From assembly GCA_964563315.1 (NCBI GenBank), contig CAZLWG010000006.1, forward strand, positions 5,198-69,197: a DNA stretch of 64,000 bases, in the 5' to 3' direction. The stretch comes from an uncultured Anaerolinea sp. (GTDB lineage: Bacteria > Chloroflexota > Anaerolineae > Anaerolineales > Villigracilaceae). Made by a program: the position numbers and the translations under genes. Below the pieces are notes generated by a model. It searched no databases, had not been told where the DNA came from, and worked only from the letters and a program-made list of their open reading frames with translations. Within the stretch, counting starts at the first letter, position 1, and each line of letters starts with the position of its first letter. Positions 10,653 to 20,078 of this stretch are shown one piece after another.

Positions 10653-10686
10653 CTCAGGCGTCTCCTATGCATAATTGATATTCATT

Positions 10687-11427
10687 TTATCGAAGAAATC
10701 CCAACAAATCTGCAACTGCAAGAAAAATAAAGCGTGAATTATGATAGAAATAACGTCTCCACAAGCGGCGTGGTTCGGTCAGAAGGCGGAAGAGCCATTC
10801 CAAACCCAGGTGCTGGATCCAAAGGGGTGCCTGCGATTTCAGCCCAGCATGGAAATCGAAAGCTGCGCCCACGCCAAGCATAACAGCATTGATCCTGTCG
10901 CGGTGCTCCGCCATCCATATCTCCTGCCTGGGGCACCCAAGGCCCACAAAAAGAATCCGCGCGCCCGAACGATTGATGGCATCGATGTGCGCTTCATCCT
11001 CTTCACGGGTTAATGCGCGGAATGGAGGACTATAAGAATACACTATCTTCAGTGCGTCGAAGCGAGCATTCATTTTATCAACGAGGGTGCCTAACACTTG
11101 AGGAGAGCTACCATAAAACCCGACCGGGATGCCTTCTTTCGCCGCAGATTCAAGCACATGCAGCATGAGGGTTGGCCCGTACACACGCTGTTGCCTTTTC
11201 GCGCCTTTCAAGCGCATCATCCATACAAGAGGCATGCCGTCGGGCGTAACGAGGTCGGCGCCATCGACAACTTGGGAAAAACCAAACGAGTCATAAGCTT
11301 CCATTAACATATGAACATTGGCATGACAGATGTAACGGCTTTCTCCAACGTGCGACCAATGAAGCACTTGTCGTGCAACAGATGTGTAATCCACAGGATC
11401 AACCCGAATTTTGATGACCGACATCAC
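10687..11427 (-). CDS. WecB/TagA/CpsF family glycosyltransferase
   Basis: ANVH, LVTPDGMPLVW, RVYGPTLM, LFVGLGCPRQEIW, GVGAAFDF, GLEWLFRLLTEPRRLWRRY. Confidence 0.93.
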   Translation of the reverse strand: MMSVIKIRVDPVDYTSVARQVLHWSHVGESRYICHANVHMLMEAYDSFGFSQVVDGADLVTPDGMPLVWMMRLKGAKRQQRVYGPTLMLHVLESAAKEGIPVGFYGSSPQVLGTLVDKMNARFDALKIVYSYSPPFRALTREEDEAHIDAINRSGARILFVGLGCPRQEIWMAEHRDRINAVMLGVGAAFDFHAGLKSQAPLWIQHLGLEWLFRLLTEPRRLWRRYFYHNSRFIFLAVADLLGFLR

Positions 11428-12599
11428 TACTTCCTTATCAATGCCTTATATGTTCCGGTCAGTATCTTAAAACATTGATCTTGCGTATATTTTTCCTGAC
11501 AAAGATCAAACCCGTTCCTTCCCATCTCTTCCGCTTCAACAGGGTGGTTCCATAACCATGATGCTTTATCTGCAAGGTTTTGGGGGTCTCCTACTTCAAA
11601 AAGCAATCCCGTATGTTTATCAGCCACTAATTCCGGCGCAACTCCAATATCGGATGCAATCACAGGAACACCCCTTGAATACGCTTCGATGATAACCATG
11701 CCAAAAGTCTCGTAATAACCTTCCGAAGGCATGATGAGAAAGCTGGCATCTGCAATCAAGTCAGATAATTCACTTTCGCTCATCTTCTCGACGAATTCAA
11801 CATGTCGCATATTATTTTGGAGAACAAACGTTTTAGCCCATTCCTCCAGTTGCCCGCTGCCGCGGATTTTTAATGGAATATCGACCACTTGCCAAGCTTT
11901 CAGAAGGTTCGCTATCCCCTTCTCAGGAGACAAACGCCCAATGAAGACGGCATAGCTTTTCTTTTTGTAACGATTTTCGCGCACGTCTGTCCGAGCCACA
12001 AAATGAGGCATGACAACAAGCTTATCTTCTGGAAAGCCGGCCTGCAAAAAAAGATCGCGATAAAAAAAAGTCGAGCAAAAGAATATATCAATTTTTGTTT
12101 GCCATGTGCGTAACAAGCGGTGAAGAGTCAACATGGAGGCAACAACAGCGGTATGCAAGTGCGATCCATGATAGCATGCATTCAGAACGCTAGGCAAGGG
12201 GGGGGTTTTACCAATACACTCAAGACATAGTTTTCCATTTCGGTAGAAACTTGCAGCGGGGCAAATCAGCCTTTGATTATCCAGAGTTTGCACAACCGGA
12301 ATGCTCAGATCCTGACACGCATAATATGCAGAAGGGGAAATCAAGGGGAACGTATTGTGAAAGTGGACAAGGTCAGGCTTTACCTCGCGGAGAACATGCT
12401 TCAAACGCTGATAAGATGAATATGACCAAAGTGTTTGAGCGACGACAGACGCCCTATTCATACCGAAAATTTTGTCATTGTATTCAAGATATTCTTCCAC
12501 TTCATAACCCCGCGAACGAAGAAGGGCGGTTTCCGCCAAGAAGACAGTATCCTCCCCGCCTGACTGAGTGTAAAAGTTATGGACTTTTAGTATTCTCAT
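11427..12599 (-). CDS. glycosyltransferase family 4
   Basis: Start at MRILKVHNFYTQSGGED; FIGRLSPEKG, ETFGMVIIEAYSRGVPVIASDIG. Confidence 0.9.
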   Translation of the reverse strand: MRILKVHNFYTQSGGEDTVFLAETALLRSRGYEVEEYLEYNDKIFGMNRASVVAQTLWSYSSYQRLKHVLREVKPDLVHFHNTFPLISPSAYYACQDLSIPVVQTLDNQRLICPAASFYRNGKLCLECIGKTPPLPSVLNACYHGSHLHTAVVASMLTLHRLLRTWQTKIDIFFCSTFFYRDLFLQAGFPEDKLVVMPHFVARTDVRENRYKKKSYAVFIGRLSPEKGIANLLKAWQVVDIPLKIRGSGQLEEWAKTFVLQNNMRHVEFVEKMSESELSDLIADASFLIMPSEGYYETFGMVIIEAYSRGVPVIASDIGVAPELVADKHTGLLFEVGDPQNLADKASWLWNHPVEAEEMGRNGFDLCQEKYTQDQCFKILTGTYKALIRK

Positions 12600-12727
12600 T
12601 AATGATCTATTCTTTCCGTAGAGAGTCCATAGATGGCTTTTCGCTAAATATATTAGAACTTGTGTCAAAATACCTTTGTTAGGCAAAAACCCAAAATTTA
12701 CAAGGAAATTTGCCAATTTGAGGTACT

Positions 12728-14479
12728 TTAACCGTTTTTGAGATGACTTCTAGTCAATCTTGTTTTTTCTCGCTCAGCCGGGTAAATAAAGTCACTACCA
12801 GTCAAGATCCCATTGCAAATTACATCCAGGCCCAATGAGCGGCCAGGCAATAATTCTTCCAGATCTCCTATGCTCAGCCGATAGGGCGGATTTTTTTTTG
12901 TCGGCTCAATGAACTTCAAAGGTATCATTCTTCTAAAGAAGAAGTGGTATGCATACCTGCGTGCGCGTTGTCTTTTTTCTTCGCTCATCTTCTCATTCAT
13001 AGGCATTTGATCAAGAAGGGCAAAGTATTCATCCACAGATGACGCATCAAGTGTGATACCTTTGTTTCTAATCCACGCCTCACCGGCAACCACAACCGGA
13101 ATTCCCATGCTTGTTAATTCCACCCCTGTTTTTGTGCCGTAAATTATGGCGGAATCGCATTGAGACATCGCGGCATATGTGCTGACGTGGCTTTCAGGCG
13201 GAATAACAAAAACATTTTCAGGCAGATCGGGAAAGGCTTTCTTTATTTCCTCTGTTATCGACTGCCTGGCGGGAAACGCGCCGTGAATCTCAGCCGGATG
13301 AGTTCGTATGAGAAGATTTAGTTCAGGGCGGTTGGCAAAATACTTGATCGTCTGCAAAACCCACTCCACCATGTTTGGAAACGCGTTCACTGGATAATGA
13401 AGTTGAGCATCCCAAAGCACATTCGTCAACATTCCAATGCACGGCTTGGAAAAATCAATGCCGATCTCATTTTCGATCTCAGCAAGATCAAAATTGGGTC
13501 GGTCATGAAACCAGATCCAATCCTGTGAACCCTGCCATCGGCTTTTCAAATACACCGCCAATTCATCCTCAATTTTACTGCTCCATTCGATACCCTCCCA
13601 TTTCCCGACAGGTTCCGACATCAAGGTGTGATGATAAGTATCGGTATGACTGAAGATAAAGCACTGCTTTCTATAGGCGGGGTTCCAATTGACCACTCGA
13701 ACATTCTCCCGACGGGCAACCTCGCCAATCAGTCCTTGTGGGACATAAATGCCGTGATGAAAAACTACTGCATGAAAGTTAAACTTTCTTAGGAGGTTAC
13801 GGACAGCAAATGTGGACAACAATGCAGCTTTAAAATATCTCCGCAGAATTTGATTCGCATATGGCTCTCCATCCAAATCACAACGCCCATAGAACCTAAG
13901 CGCACCTGCCCAGGCATGTTCTCCCACAGCACAGCCATCAAATTTGTAACCCAAGATGTGGTCTATAGCCGTCTCCAATGCTATTTTTTCGACTTCCTGG
14001 ATTTCATCTTTCGTCACCAATTCACTGTAACTGTGCAGCATAACGCCGAGTGATTCAAACATATCACGCGCCGGCAGATAACAATGGCGACATACGTCTG
14101 CTTGAGGTCCATCTCTCGCGAACCGCTCTTCCTGAGGATACCATGTATACTCGCAGGCCATACATGCGGTTAGAAAAGAGTCGCAAAGAAGGACATGAAT
14201 CTCCGCACCGCGCAGAGTCAAAGCAGCAGCAAGCATGCTTTCAAGAGTTGTGCCAGAAAAATACTGCCCAATGCTTGTGCCGATCAATATTTTTGGACCC
14301 TGCTTCGAAGAGTTAATTGCCGCATGCCACACCCCGCGGTTTCCTTCGATAATCGAAGCCCAATCCGGGTGTCCGTTCGTTCTCGACGCATACCACTTTT
14401 TAAACAACTTGACCTGTCTGCCGAAATATCTATTTTTATGCTGAAATTTCTTGATTAATGACGCGATTTCGCTCATCAT
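12728..14479 (-). CDS. capsule polysaccharide biosynthesis protein (Capsule_synth, KpsC/KpsS-like GT-B)
   Basis: C-terminal LLIRTHPAE, SAIIYGTKTGVELTSMGIPVVVAGEAWI; located inside the polysaccharide cluster. Confidence 0.65.
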   Translation of the reverse strand: MMSEIASLIKKFQHKNRYFGRQVKLFKKWYASRTNGHPDWASIIEGNRGVWHAAINSSKQGPKILIGTSIGQYFSGTTLESMLAAALTLRGAEIHVLLCDSFLTACMACEYTWYPQEERFARDGPQADVCRHCYLPARDMFESLGVMLHSYSELVTKDEIQEVEKIALETAIDHILGYKFDGCAVGEHAWAGALRFYGRCDLDGEPYANQILRRYFKAALLSTFAVRNLLRKFNFHAVVFHHGIYVPQGLIGEVARRENVRVVNWNPAYRKQCFIFSHTDTYHHTLMSEPVGKWEGIEWSSKIEDELAVYLKSRWQGSQDWIWFHDRPNFDLAEIENEIGIDFSKPCIGMLTNVLWDAQLHYPVNAFPNMVEWVLQTIKYFANRPELNLLIRTHPAEIHGAFPARQSITEEIKKAFPDLPENVFVIPPESHVSTYAAMSQCDSAIIYGTKTGVELTSMGIPVVVAGEAWIRNKGITLDASSVDEYFALLDQMPMNEKMSEEKRQRARRYAYHFFFRRMIPLKFIEPTKKNPPYRLSIGDLEELLPGRSLGLDVICNGILTGSDFIYPAEREKTRLTRSHLKNG

Positions 14480-14531
14480 GAGAGTATTTCCTTATGATAC
14501 GGTTGGTTTCACGCCTGACAAAGGGTATAAA

Positions 14532-16028
14532 TCAGGTTATTTTTAAGAAAAGTCCCCTTGCGGACCTACGGAGCATGGGGTACAGAAAAAGGCATACCAG
14601 AACATAAAGTATTGTGCCTACAAGAATAGCCGAAAAAAGAATAAACGGCGTTCCGAGCATTGGGCTGAGTCTATATATACTTCCATAGATCAGTACACCC
14701 AATAGTAGAAAAGGGAGTGTATCCTGAAATATCCAGACGCGTTTTTCGCCCTTTAGAATGTAACGATGCATAACCTGGGGTACAATCAAATAATAGCATA
14801 CATTAAAAATTGCCCATGCCATACCAGCGCCCGCAATTCCCAAGCGAGAAATAGAATAATACATAAAAGGCAAAAGGATTGCCAAACTAAAAGCATTATT
14901 CCACAAAGCAATCCATGTTACACCGGCTGCAAGTTGTAACATATAAGGGATATGCATCATTAAATTGAACATGGCTGCCAGCGCCAATATCGATAAAGTT
15001 GGGGCGGCATTGGACGCAACGTCCTGAGATCGGGTCCAAATTAACATGATGTCGTATGAAAAAAAGAATAGTATGCTCGTAACCGGCGCAGCAAGGAAGG
15101 AGACACTTTGCGCAAGCCTGTGATAAGTGGCTGCCAGCAGATCCAATTCATTCATTGCCAACAAGGCTGTAAACCGGGGGAAAGCGGCAGACGCAAACGG
15201 TATTGCTAGCATTGATACTGCTGTGTAAATAATGTGTGCCGTTGTGTAATAGCCAACATATTTCAAAAGCAGTAAATTACTTATTAGAAAGCGGTCCAAT
15301 TGCTTTAAAAGCGCTGCCAATAAAGAATTAAGACTGATTGAAACGCTAAACTTCCAAACCTGGCGAAATAAAGAAAAATCGAATCGCGGCTTTTGTGACA
15401 TAATCCCACGCATTACCCTCCAAGCGGCAACTCTGAACACGGCAATTTCGACAATAGCAAATACAAGCAGCCAGAGCAAATAGGCGAGAATGGTGCTGGA
15501 AACAAACACTACAATGACAATTGAGCCGCCAAAACGCATTACAGCCAGAACCACTGACAATATGTTGTAAAGCACCTGATTTTCCGAACCTTGGAGAATG
15601 CCATTATAAAGAGCAAGGGGCCAGCGAATCGCCAGGGTCACACCAAACACTATCACAGCAAATCGAACAGTATTTACCGACAATTCCACTGTCTTAATCC
15701 AATCTGATGCCAGCCAATTCGAGATGAAATATGTTCCAAGAGCAATAAACAGGGAAATTGCTATATAAAGCGCTTCAAAAGTAAGGACAAGATTTCGAGT
15801 TCTCTGGGATTTATCGGCCGTATTCAAGCCAATTGCCACTTCACGATTTGTGGTGGTACTTAACCCCATATCCAAAAAACTGATCATCGCCTGAAGTGAA
15901 ACGAAAAGACCCACCAGCCCATAAGCCTCTACACCCAGGTGCCGAAGTAAAACCGGAACCAGAATTATGCTCAAAATCCCCGGAATAATACGTCCTATAA
16001 AGTTGGCAATGATATTATTCTTCAACAT
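14532..16028 (-). CDS. Wzx-type oligosaccharide flippase
   Basis: Start at MLKNNIIAN; LGVEAYGLVG, LDMGLS, QLDRFLISNLL, VGYYTTA, AAFPRFT; many TM segments. Confidence 0.88.
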   Translation of the reverse strand: MLKNNIIANFIGRIIPGILSIILVPVLLRHLGVEAYGLVGLFVSLQAMISFLDMGLSTTTNREVAIGLNTADKSQRTRNLVLTFEALYIAISLFIALGTYFISNWLASDWIKTVELSVNTVRFAVIVFGVTLAIRWPLALYNGILQGSENQVLYNILSVVLAVMRFGGSIVIVVFVSSTILAYLLWLLVFAIVEIAVFRVAAWRVMRGIMSQKPRFDFSLFRQVWKFSVSISLNSLLAALLKQLDRFLISNLLLLKYVGYYTTAHIIYTAVSMLAIPFASAAFPRFTALLAMNELDLLAATYHRLAQSVSFLAAPVTSILFFFSYDIMLIWTRSQDVASNAAPTLSILALAAMFNLMMHIPYMLQLAAGVTWIALWNNAFSLAILLPFMYYSISRLGIAGAGMAWAIFNVCYYLIVPQVMHRYILKGEKRVWIFQDTLPFLLLGVLIYGSIYRLSPMLGTPFILFSAILVGTILYVLVCLFLYPMLRRSARGLFLKIT

Positions 16029-16035
16029 AAAACAA

Positions 16036-16944
16036 CTACCTACTTCCACGAACAAAAAGGTAATTGGTTGTGAAGTCATCAACGCTGCCATGGCTACGGG
16101 TCATCGAAATGGCAAAGCCACGTTCCTGTAAATATTCAACAATTCGGGTAGAAGTATCAAGACTGGGCTCAACCTCCACCAAAATACTCTTTAGTCCAGG
16201 ACCTTCAAGGGTCCTCTCAGCACCTTTCAAGATCTCCCATTCGATGCCATCAACATCCAGTTTGATGTGGGTTGGTTTTTCTAGTCGAAATAACTCCAGC
16301 AGGTCATCTATACGGTAGCTTGGAATAGGCTGCGTAAAAACAGGAGTAAACGCGCGCCCAAGGTTGTCCACCGAACGCCCTAAAGCATGCAATGCCGCGC
16401 CAGGAGCGAGGTCACTGTAATTCAAAGCGATGATATCTGTTCTATCAGAAAGAGCCACGCAGAGCGGAACAATTCGACCCTGGCACGAATTTAAGAAGAC
16501 GTTCCGAGTCAATTGCGCAAAAGTGGAAAAGCTTGGTTCAAATGCATAGATTTTTACCTCCCCTTTAGTATGCCGATCGGCAACGAGGGAGTACGCGCCT
16601 ACATTCGCGCCAATATCGTAGAATACATCTCCCGGTTTAAAATAGGATTCAATCCACTCGATCGTCTCCGGCTCCTTTTTGCATGAATTCCTTCGAGTTA
16701 TGTATTCCACATGCGAATCAGCGAACAAGTAAACATCATGCGGGCGATAATCCATTTTGACAACAACAGATAGACGTTGCTTGACTTCTACAAGCAATTG
16801 CGTCGAAAAGACCCTTAAAATAGCGACCAAGTAAGTTGCCAACAGAGCCATGGAACGATTCCGCATCTCGAACACGAAACGAGATCCTCGTATCGCAATA
16901 CCCAACAAGGGTCTTGGCAACTTACTTTTAAGATAACTTTTCAT
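16036..16944 (-). CDS. FkbM family methyltransferase
   Basis: FYDIGANVGAYSL, YAFEPS, PTHIKLDVDGIEWEILKGA. Confidence 0.9.
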   Translation of the reverse strand: MKSYLKSKLPRPLLGIAIRGSRFVFEMRNRSMALLATYLVAILRVFSTQLLVEVKQRLSVVVKMDYRPHDVYLFADSHVEYITRRNSCKKEPETIEWIESYFKPGDVFYDIGANVGAYSLVADRHTKGEVKIYAFEPSFSTFAQLTRNVFLNSCQGRIVPLCVALSDRTDIIALNYSDLAPGAALHALGRSVDNLGRAFTPVFTQPIPSYRIDDLLELFRLEKPTHIKLDVDGIEWEILKGAERTLEGPGLKSILVEVEPSLDTSTRIVEYLQERGFAISMTRSHGSVDDFTTNYLFVRGSR

Positions 16945-17061
16945 AGTTTAAGCACAATTAGATAATCTGAGACGCTACCATACTATACAAGAGTCTGAAG
17001 CATTTTATCCTAAAATACTTCTAGGAATACTTCAGAGAATTTGCCCTATTAGTCTAATCAA

Positions 17062-17096
17062 AACCGCCGACCCGCCACAAGGGCGAATCGGCGGTT
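17062..17096 (-). terminator. intrinsic terminator of hppA
   Basis: Inverted repeat AACCGCCGA(17062-17070)/TCGGCGGTT(17088-17096) followed by a T-run on the minus strand, just past the hppA stop. Confidence 0.65.
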
Positions 17097-17120
17097 GTAT
17101 CCATGTGTTCTGCCGTGCCC

Positions 17121-19406
17121 CTACCCGCCTAGCAAGATCATCAACAAACCTTGTCCATTGGCAAACGCCACGATCAAGCCGGCAAAAACCACCGAGACCA
17201 TGGACATGAGTTTAATCAGAATATTAAGCGAAGGGCCGGAGGTATCCTTGAACGGGTCGCCTACTGTGTCGCCGACCACAGCCGCCTTGTGAGCGTTCGA
17301 ACCTTTGCCGCCATAGGCGCCGGCTTCAATATACTTCTTGGCATTGTCCCAAGCACCGCCAGCATTGGACATCATGACCGCCAGCGAGAAACCCGCCGCC
17401 AATGAGCCGACAAGCAAGCCCAACACCCCAGCTACGCCAAACACAGAACCGATCAACACCGGGATGACAATCGCCAGAACCGACGGTCCGATCATTTCGC
17501 GCTGGGCAGCTTTGGTGCTGATCTCCACACAACGGGCGTAATCAGGCTTGGCCTTGCCCGTAAGAATTCCCTTAATCTCGCGAAACTGACGGCGGACTTC
17601 CTCCACCATGCCGCCCGCAGCGCGCCCTACCGCACTCATGGTCAATGCAGAGAAATAGAAGGCTGTGGCAACGCCGCTGAACACCCCCACCAGCACAGCA
17701 GGATTAAGAAGGTTGACGTTGTAATACGCCATAAAGTTTTCAATGGTGACCTGGGCAATCGGGATCATCTCGCCGCCAATGGAAAGTTCCTTAACGCCGC
17801 GCAAATGACCCAATACAAGGCGAATCTCTTCCAGGTAGGCAGCCAGCAAAGCCATGGCTGTCAAGGCGGCAGAACCGATGGCAAAGCCTTTTCCGATTGC
17901 AGCAGTGGTATTGCCAACTGCATCCAGTTGATCGGTTCTTTGCCGGACCTCGGGTTTGAGACCTGACATCTCCGCGTTACCGCCAGCATTATCCGCAATC
18001 GGACCGTAGGCATCGGTGGCAAGCGTGAAGCCAAGTGTAGAGAGCATACTCACAGCCGCCAAGCCCACACCATACAGCCCCATCAGGATGTTTACAGCAC
18101 CGCCGTAAGCATAGAAACTGAGAACAATACCGACCACCACCACGAGCACAGGCGCGCCGCTGGAACGCATACCAAGGGCAATCCCTTCAATCATCGCGGT
18201 AGCGGTGCTGGTGTTCGCCTGTTCAGCAATTCTCTGTGTCGGTTGGAATGCGTGCGAAGTATAGTATTCGGTCAGTTTGCCAATGGCAATACCTACCGCC
18301 AACCCCGTCAAAATCACCACCCAAAGTGCCCACGGATTGGGCATACCCATGTAGATGAACAAAGGCAGGGAGATAATGGCGATACCAGCAGAGCTGATGT
18401 ATAAACCACGGCTGAGCGCGTTGATCAATTCACCTTGCGTGGCTTTTTCGTGCGAGCGCACAAAGAACAGAGCAATGATCGAGAGAAAAACGCCCAACGC
18501 CGCCAGCACGATCGGCACAGAGACGAACAACATGCCTTGACTCAAATCGCCGCCTTGCATACCAATCGCCGCAACACCCAGGGCAGACGTGGCAAGAATA
18601 GAGCCCGCATAGGATTCGTATAAATCCGCACCCATGCCGGCCACATCACCCACGTTATCTCCGACATTGTCTGCAATCGTAGCGGGATTGCGCGGATCAT
18701 CCTCGGGGATGTTTGCCTCGACCTTCCCAACCAGATCTGCGCCGACATCCGCCGCTTTGGTATAAATACCGCCGCCTACACGGGCAAACAAAGCCTGGGT
18801 CGAAGCGCCCATGCCAAAGCTAAGCATGACCGCGGTAATTTCCGGGAGAGGGTTGGCAACGGTCAAAAATTCAAAAGCGGTTGGAAAAGCCGTTGGAAAA
18901 ACGTTATACAGCAGATAGAACCAAGCTGTAATATCCAACAGGGCAAAACCGACCACAACCAAACCCATCACCGCTCCTGCACGCAATGCCACCTGCAAGG
19001 CGCTGTTCAGACTTTTTGTGGCAGCAAAAGTGGTGCGAGCAGATGCGTTGGTCGCTGTCTTCATCCCGATGAAACCGCACAAACCGGAAAACAAACCCCC
19101 GGTAAGGAAGGCATATGGAACGATCGGGTTTTGAAGTTTAAAGAAGGAAAGCAACAGAAATATCACGAATAGAATGGCGAAGATAATCGTCACGACACGA
19201 TACTGACTCCGCAAATAAGCCATCGCTCCTTCACGGACCGCCTGGGCAATCCCTTGCATCTTTTTATTGCCTTCGCTCAACCCCATTAATTGGCGATATA
19301 GATAGAAGGCAAAACCAAGCGCAAGCAGAGCCGCTATAGGGCCCAACCACCACAGCATGGGCAAAGGCGGTCTGCTTGTTGAATCTAGCATTACATCAAA
19401 CTGCAT
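17121..19406 (-). CDS. hppA: K+-dependent membrane-integral pyrophosphatase (Na+ or Na+,H+ translocating)
   Basis: GGGIYTKAADVGADLVGKVE, EDDPRNPATIADNVGDNVGD, DAYGPIADNAGG, GNTTAA, GDTVGDPFKDTSGPS; GGAGGA RBS before the ATG at 19406. Confidence 0.96.
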   Translation of the reverse strand: MQFDVMLDSTSRPPLPMLWWLGPIAALLALGFAFYLYRQLMGLSEGNKKMQGIAQAVREGAMAYLRSQYRVVTIIFAILFVIFLLLSFFKLQNPIVPYAFLTGGLFSGLCGFIGMKTATNASARTTFAATKSLNSALQVALRAGAVMGLVVVGFALLDITAWFYLLYNVFPTAFPTAFEFLTVANPLPEITAVMLSFGMGASTQALFARVGGGIYTKAADVGADLVGKVEANIPEDDPRNPATIADNVGDNVGDVAGMGADLYESYAGSILATSALGVAAIGMQGGDLSQGMLFVSVPIVLAALGVFLSIIALFFVRSHEKATQGELINALSRGLYISSAGIAIISLPLFIYMGMPNPWALWVVILTGLAVGIAIGKLTEYYTSHAFQPTQRIAEQANTSTATAMIEGIALGMRSSGAPVLVVVVGIVLSFYAYGGAVNILMGLYGVGLAAVSMLSTLGFTLATDAYGPIADNAGGNAEMSGLKPEVRQRTDQLDAVGNTTAAIGKGFAIGSAALTAMALLAAYLEEIRLVLGHLRGVKELSIGGEMIPIAQVTIENFMAYYNVNLLNPAVLVGVFSGVATAFYFSALTMSAVGRAAGGMVEEVRRQFREIKGILTGKAKPDYARCVEISTKAAQREMIGPSVLAIVIPVLIGSVFGVAGVLGLLVGSLAAGFSLAVMMSNAGGAWDNAKKYIEAGAYGGKGSNAHKAAVVGDTVGDPFKDTSGPSLNILIKLMSMVSVVFAGLIVAFANGQGLLMILLGG

Positions 19407-19460
19407 CGTATTCCTCCAAGACATAAAGAATATCGGCAAAAGCCGATAAATAGCAGGTGG

Positions 19461-19489
19461 ATTTTACAGGCGCCACTGGAAAGTGTCAA
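19461..19489 (-). promoter_or_regulatory. sigma70-type promoter for hppA
   Basis: Minus strand TTGACA-17 nt-TAAAAT. Confidence 0.7.
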
Positions 19490-19528
19490 GAATATAAGTC
19501 GGAAAGCTGCACAGCCTTACAAACTAAG

Positions 19529-19557
19529 TTGACACTCCCTGAAAAACCTGATAACAT
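19529..19557 (+). promoter_or_regulatory. sigma70-type promoter for iscA/erpA
   Basis: TTGACA-17 nt-TAACAT, divergent from the hppA promoter. Confidence 0.6.
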
Positions 19558-19591
19558 CCATCAAAATTAGATGTATACCAAGGAGAAAACC

Positions 19592-19996
19592 ATGCTCCAG
19601 GAAATCAATACCCAAATTTTCACACTGACTCCCGCCGCTACCAAGGCAATCCAGGACATCATGACAGAGCGTAATCTCGAAGGATACGCCCTGCGTGTCT
19701 ACGTTGCAGGAGGAGGGTGTTGTGGCGTCAATTTTGGTATGGCTCTTGACAATAATTTCCGTGACGTGGATACCACATTCGAAGCCGACGGCGTCAAAGT
19801 TGTTGTAGACGAGGTCTCAATCGAGTATCTCCGCAATGCCACTGTTGACTTCGTCAACGACCCGCAGCGCGGGGCAGGATTCGCTGTGGACAGCCCCCAT
19901 GTCAAAGGACACAGTCATGGCGAAGGCGGATGCGCGTGCGGCAGTGACGGCGGTAGTTCATGTGGTTGCGGCGGCTCATGCAGTTGCAACAACTAG
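19592..19996 (+). CDS. A-type iron-sulfur cluster carrier (HesB/IscA/ErpA family) with Cys/His-rich tail
   Basis: FTLTPAA, LRVYVAGGGCCG, GVKVVVD, ATVDFV; AGGAG RBS before the ATG at 19592. Confidence 0.88.
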   Translation: MLQEINTQIFTLTPAATKAIQDIMTERNLEGYALRVYVAGGGCCGVNFGMALDNNFRDVDTTFEADGVKVVVDEVSIEYLRNATVDFVNDPQRGAGFAVDSPHVKGHSHGEGGCACGSDGGSSCGCGGSCSCNN

Positions 19997-20015
19997 TGTC
20001 CGCAGCATAAAGAAC

Positions 20016-20047
20016 AAAAAGAGACGGCAGGTTGCCCGTCTCTTTTT
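20016..20047. terminator. bidirectional intrinsic terminator
   Basis: AAAAAGAGACGG/CCGTCTCTTTTT inverted repeat between convergent genes. Confidence 0.8.
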
Positions 20048-20078
20048 TATATATATTCTTCTCAAAGTGAAACAAATC

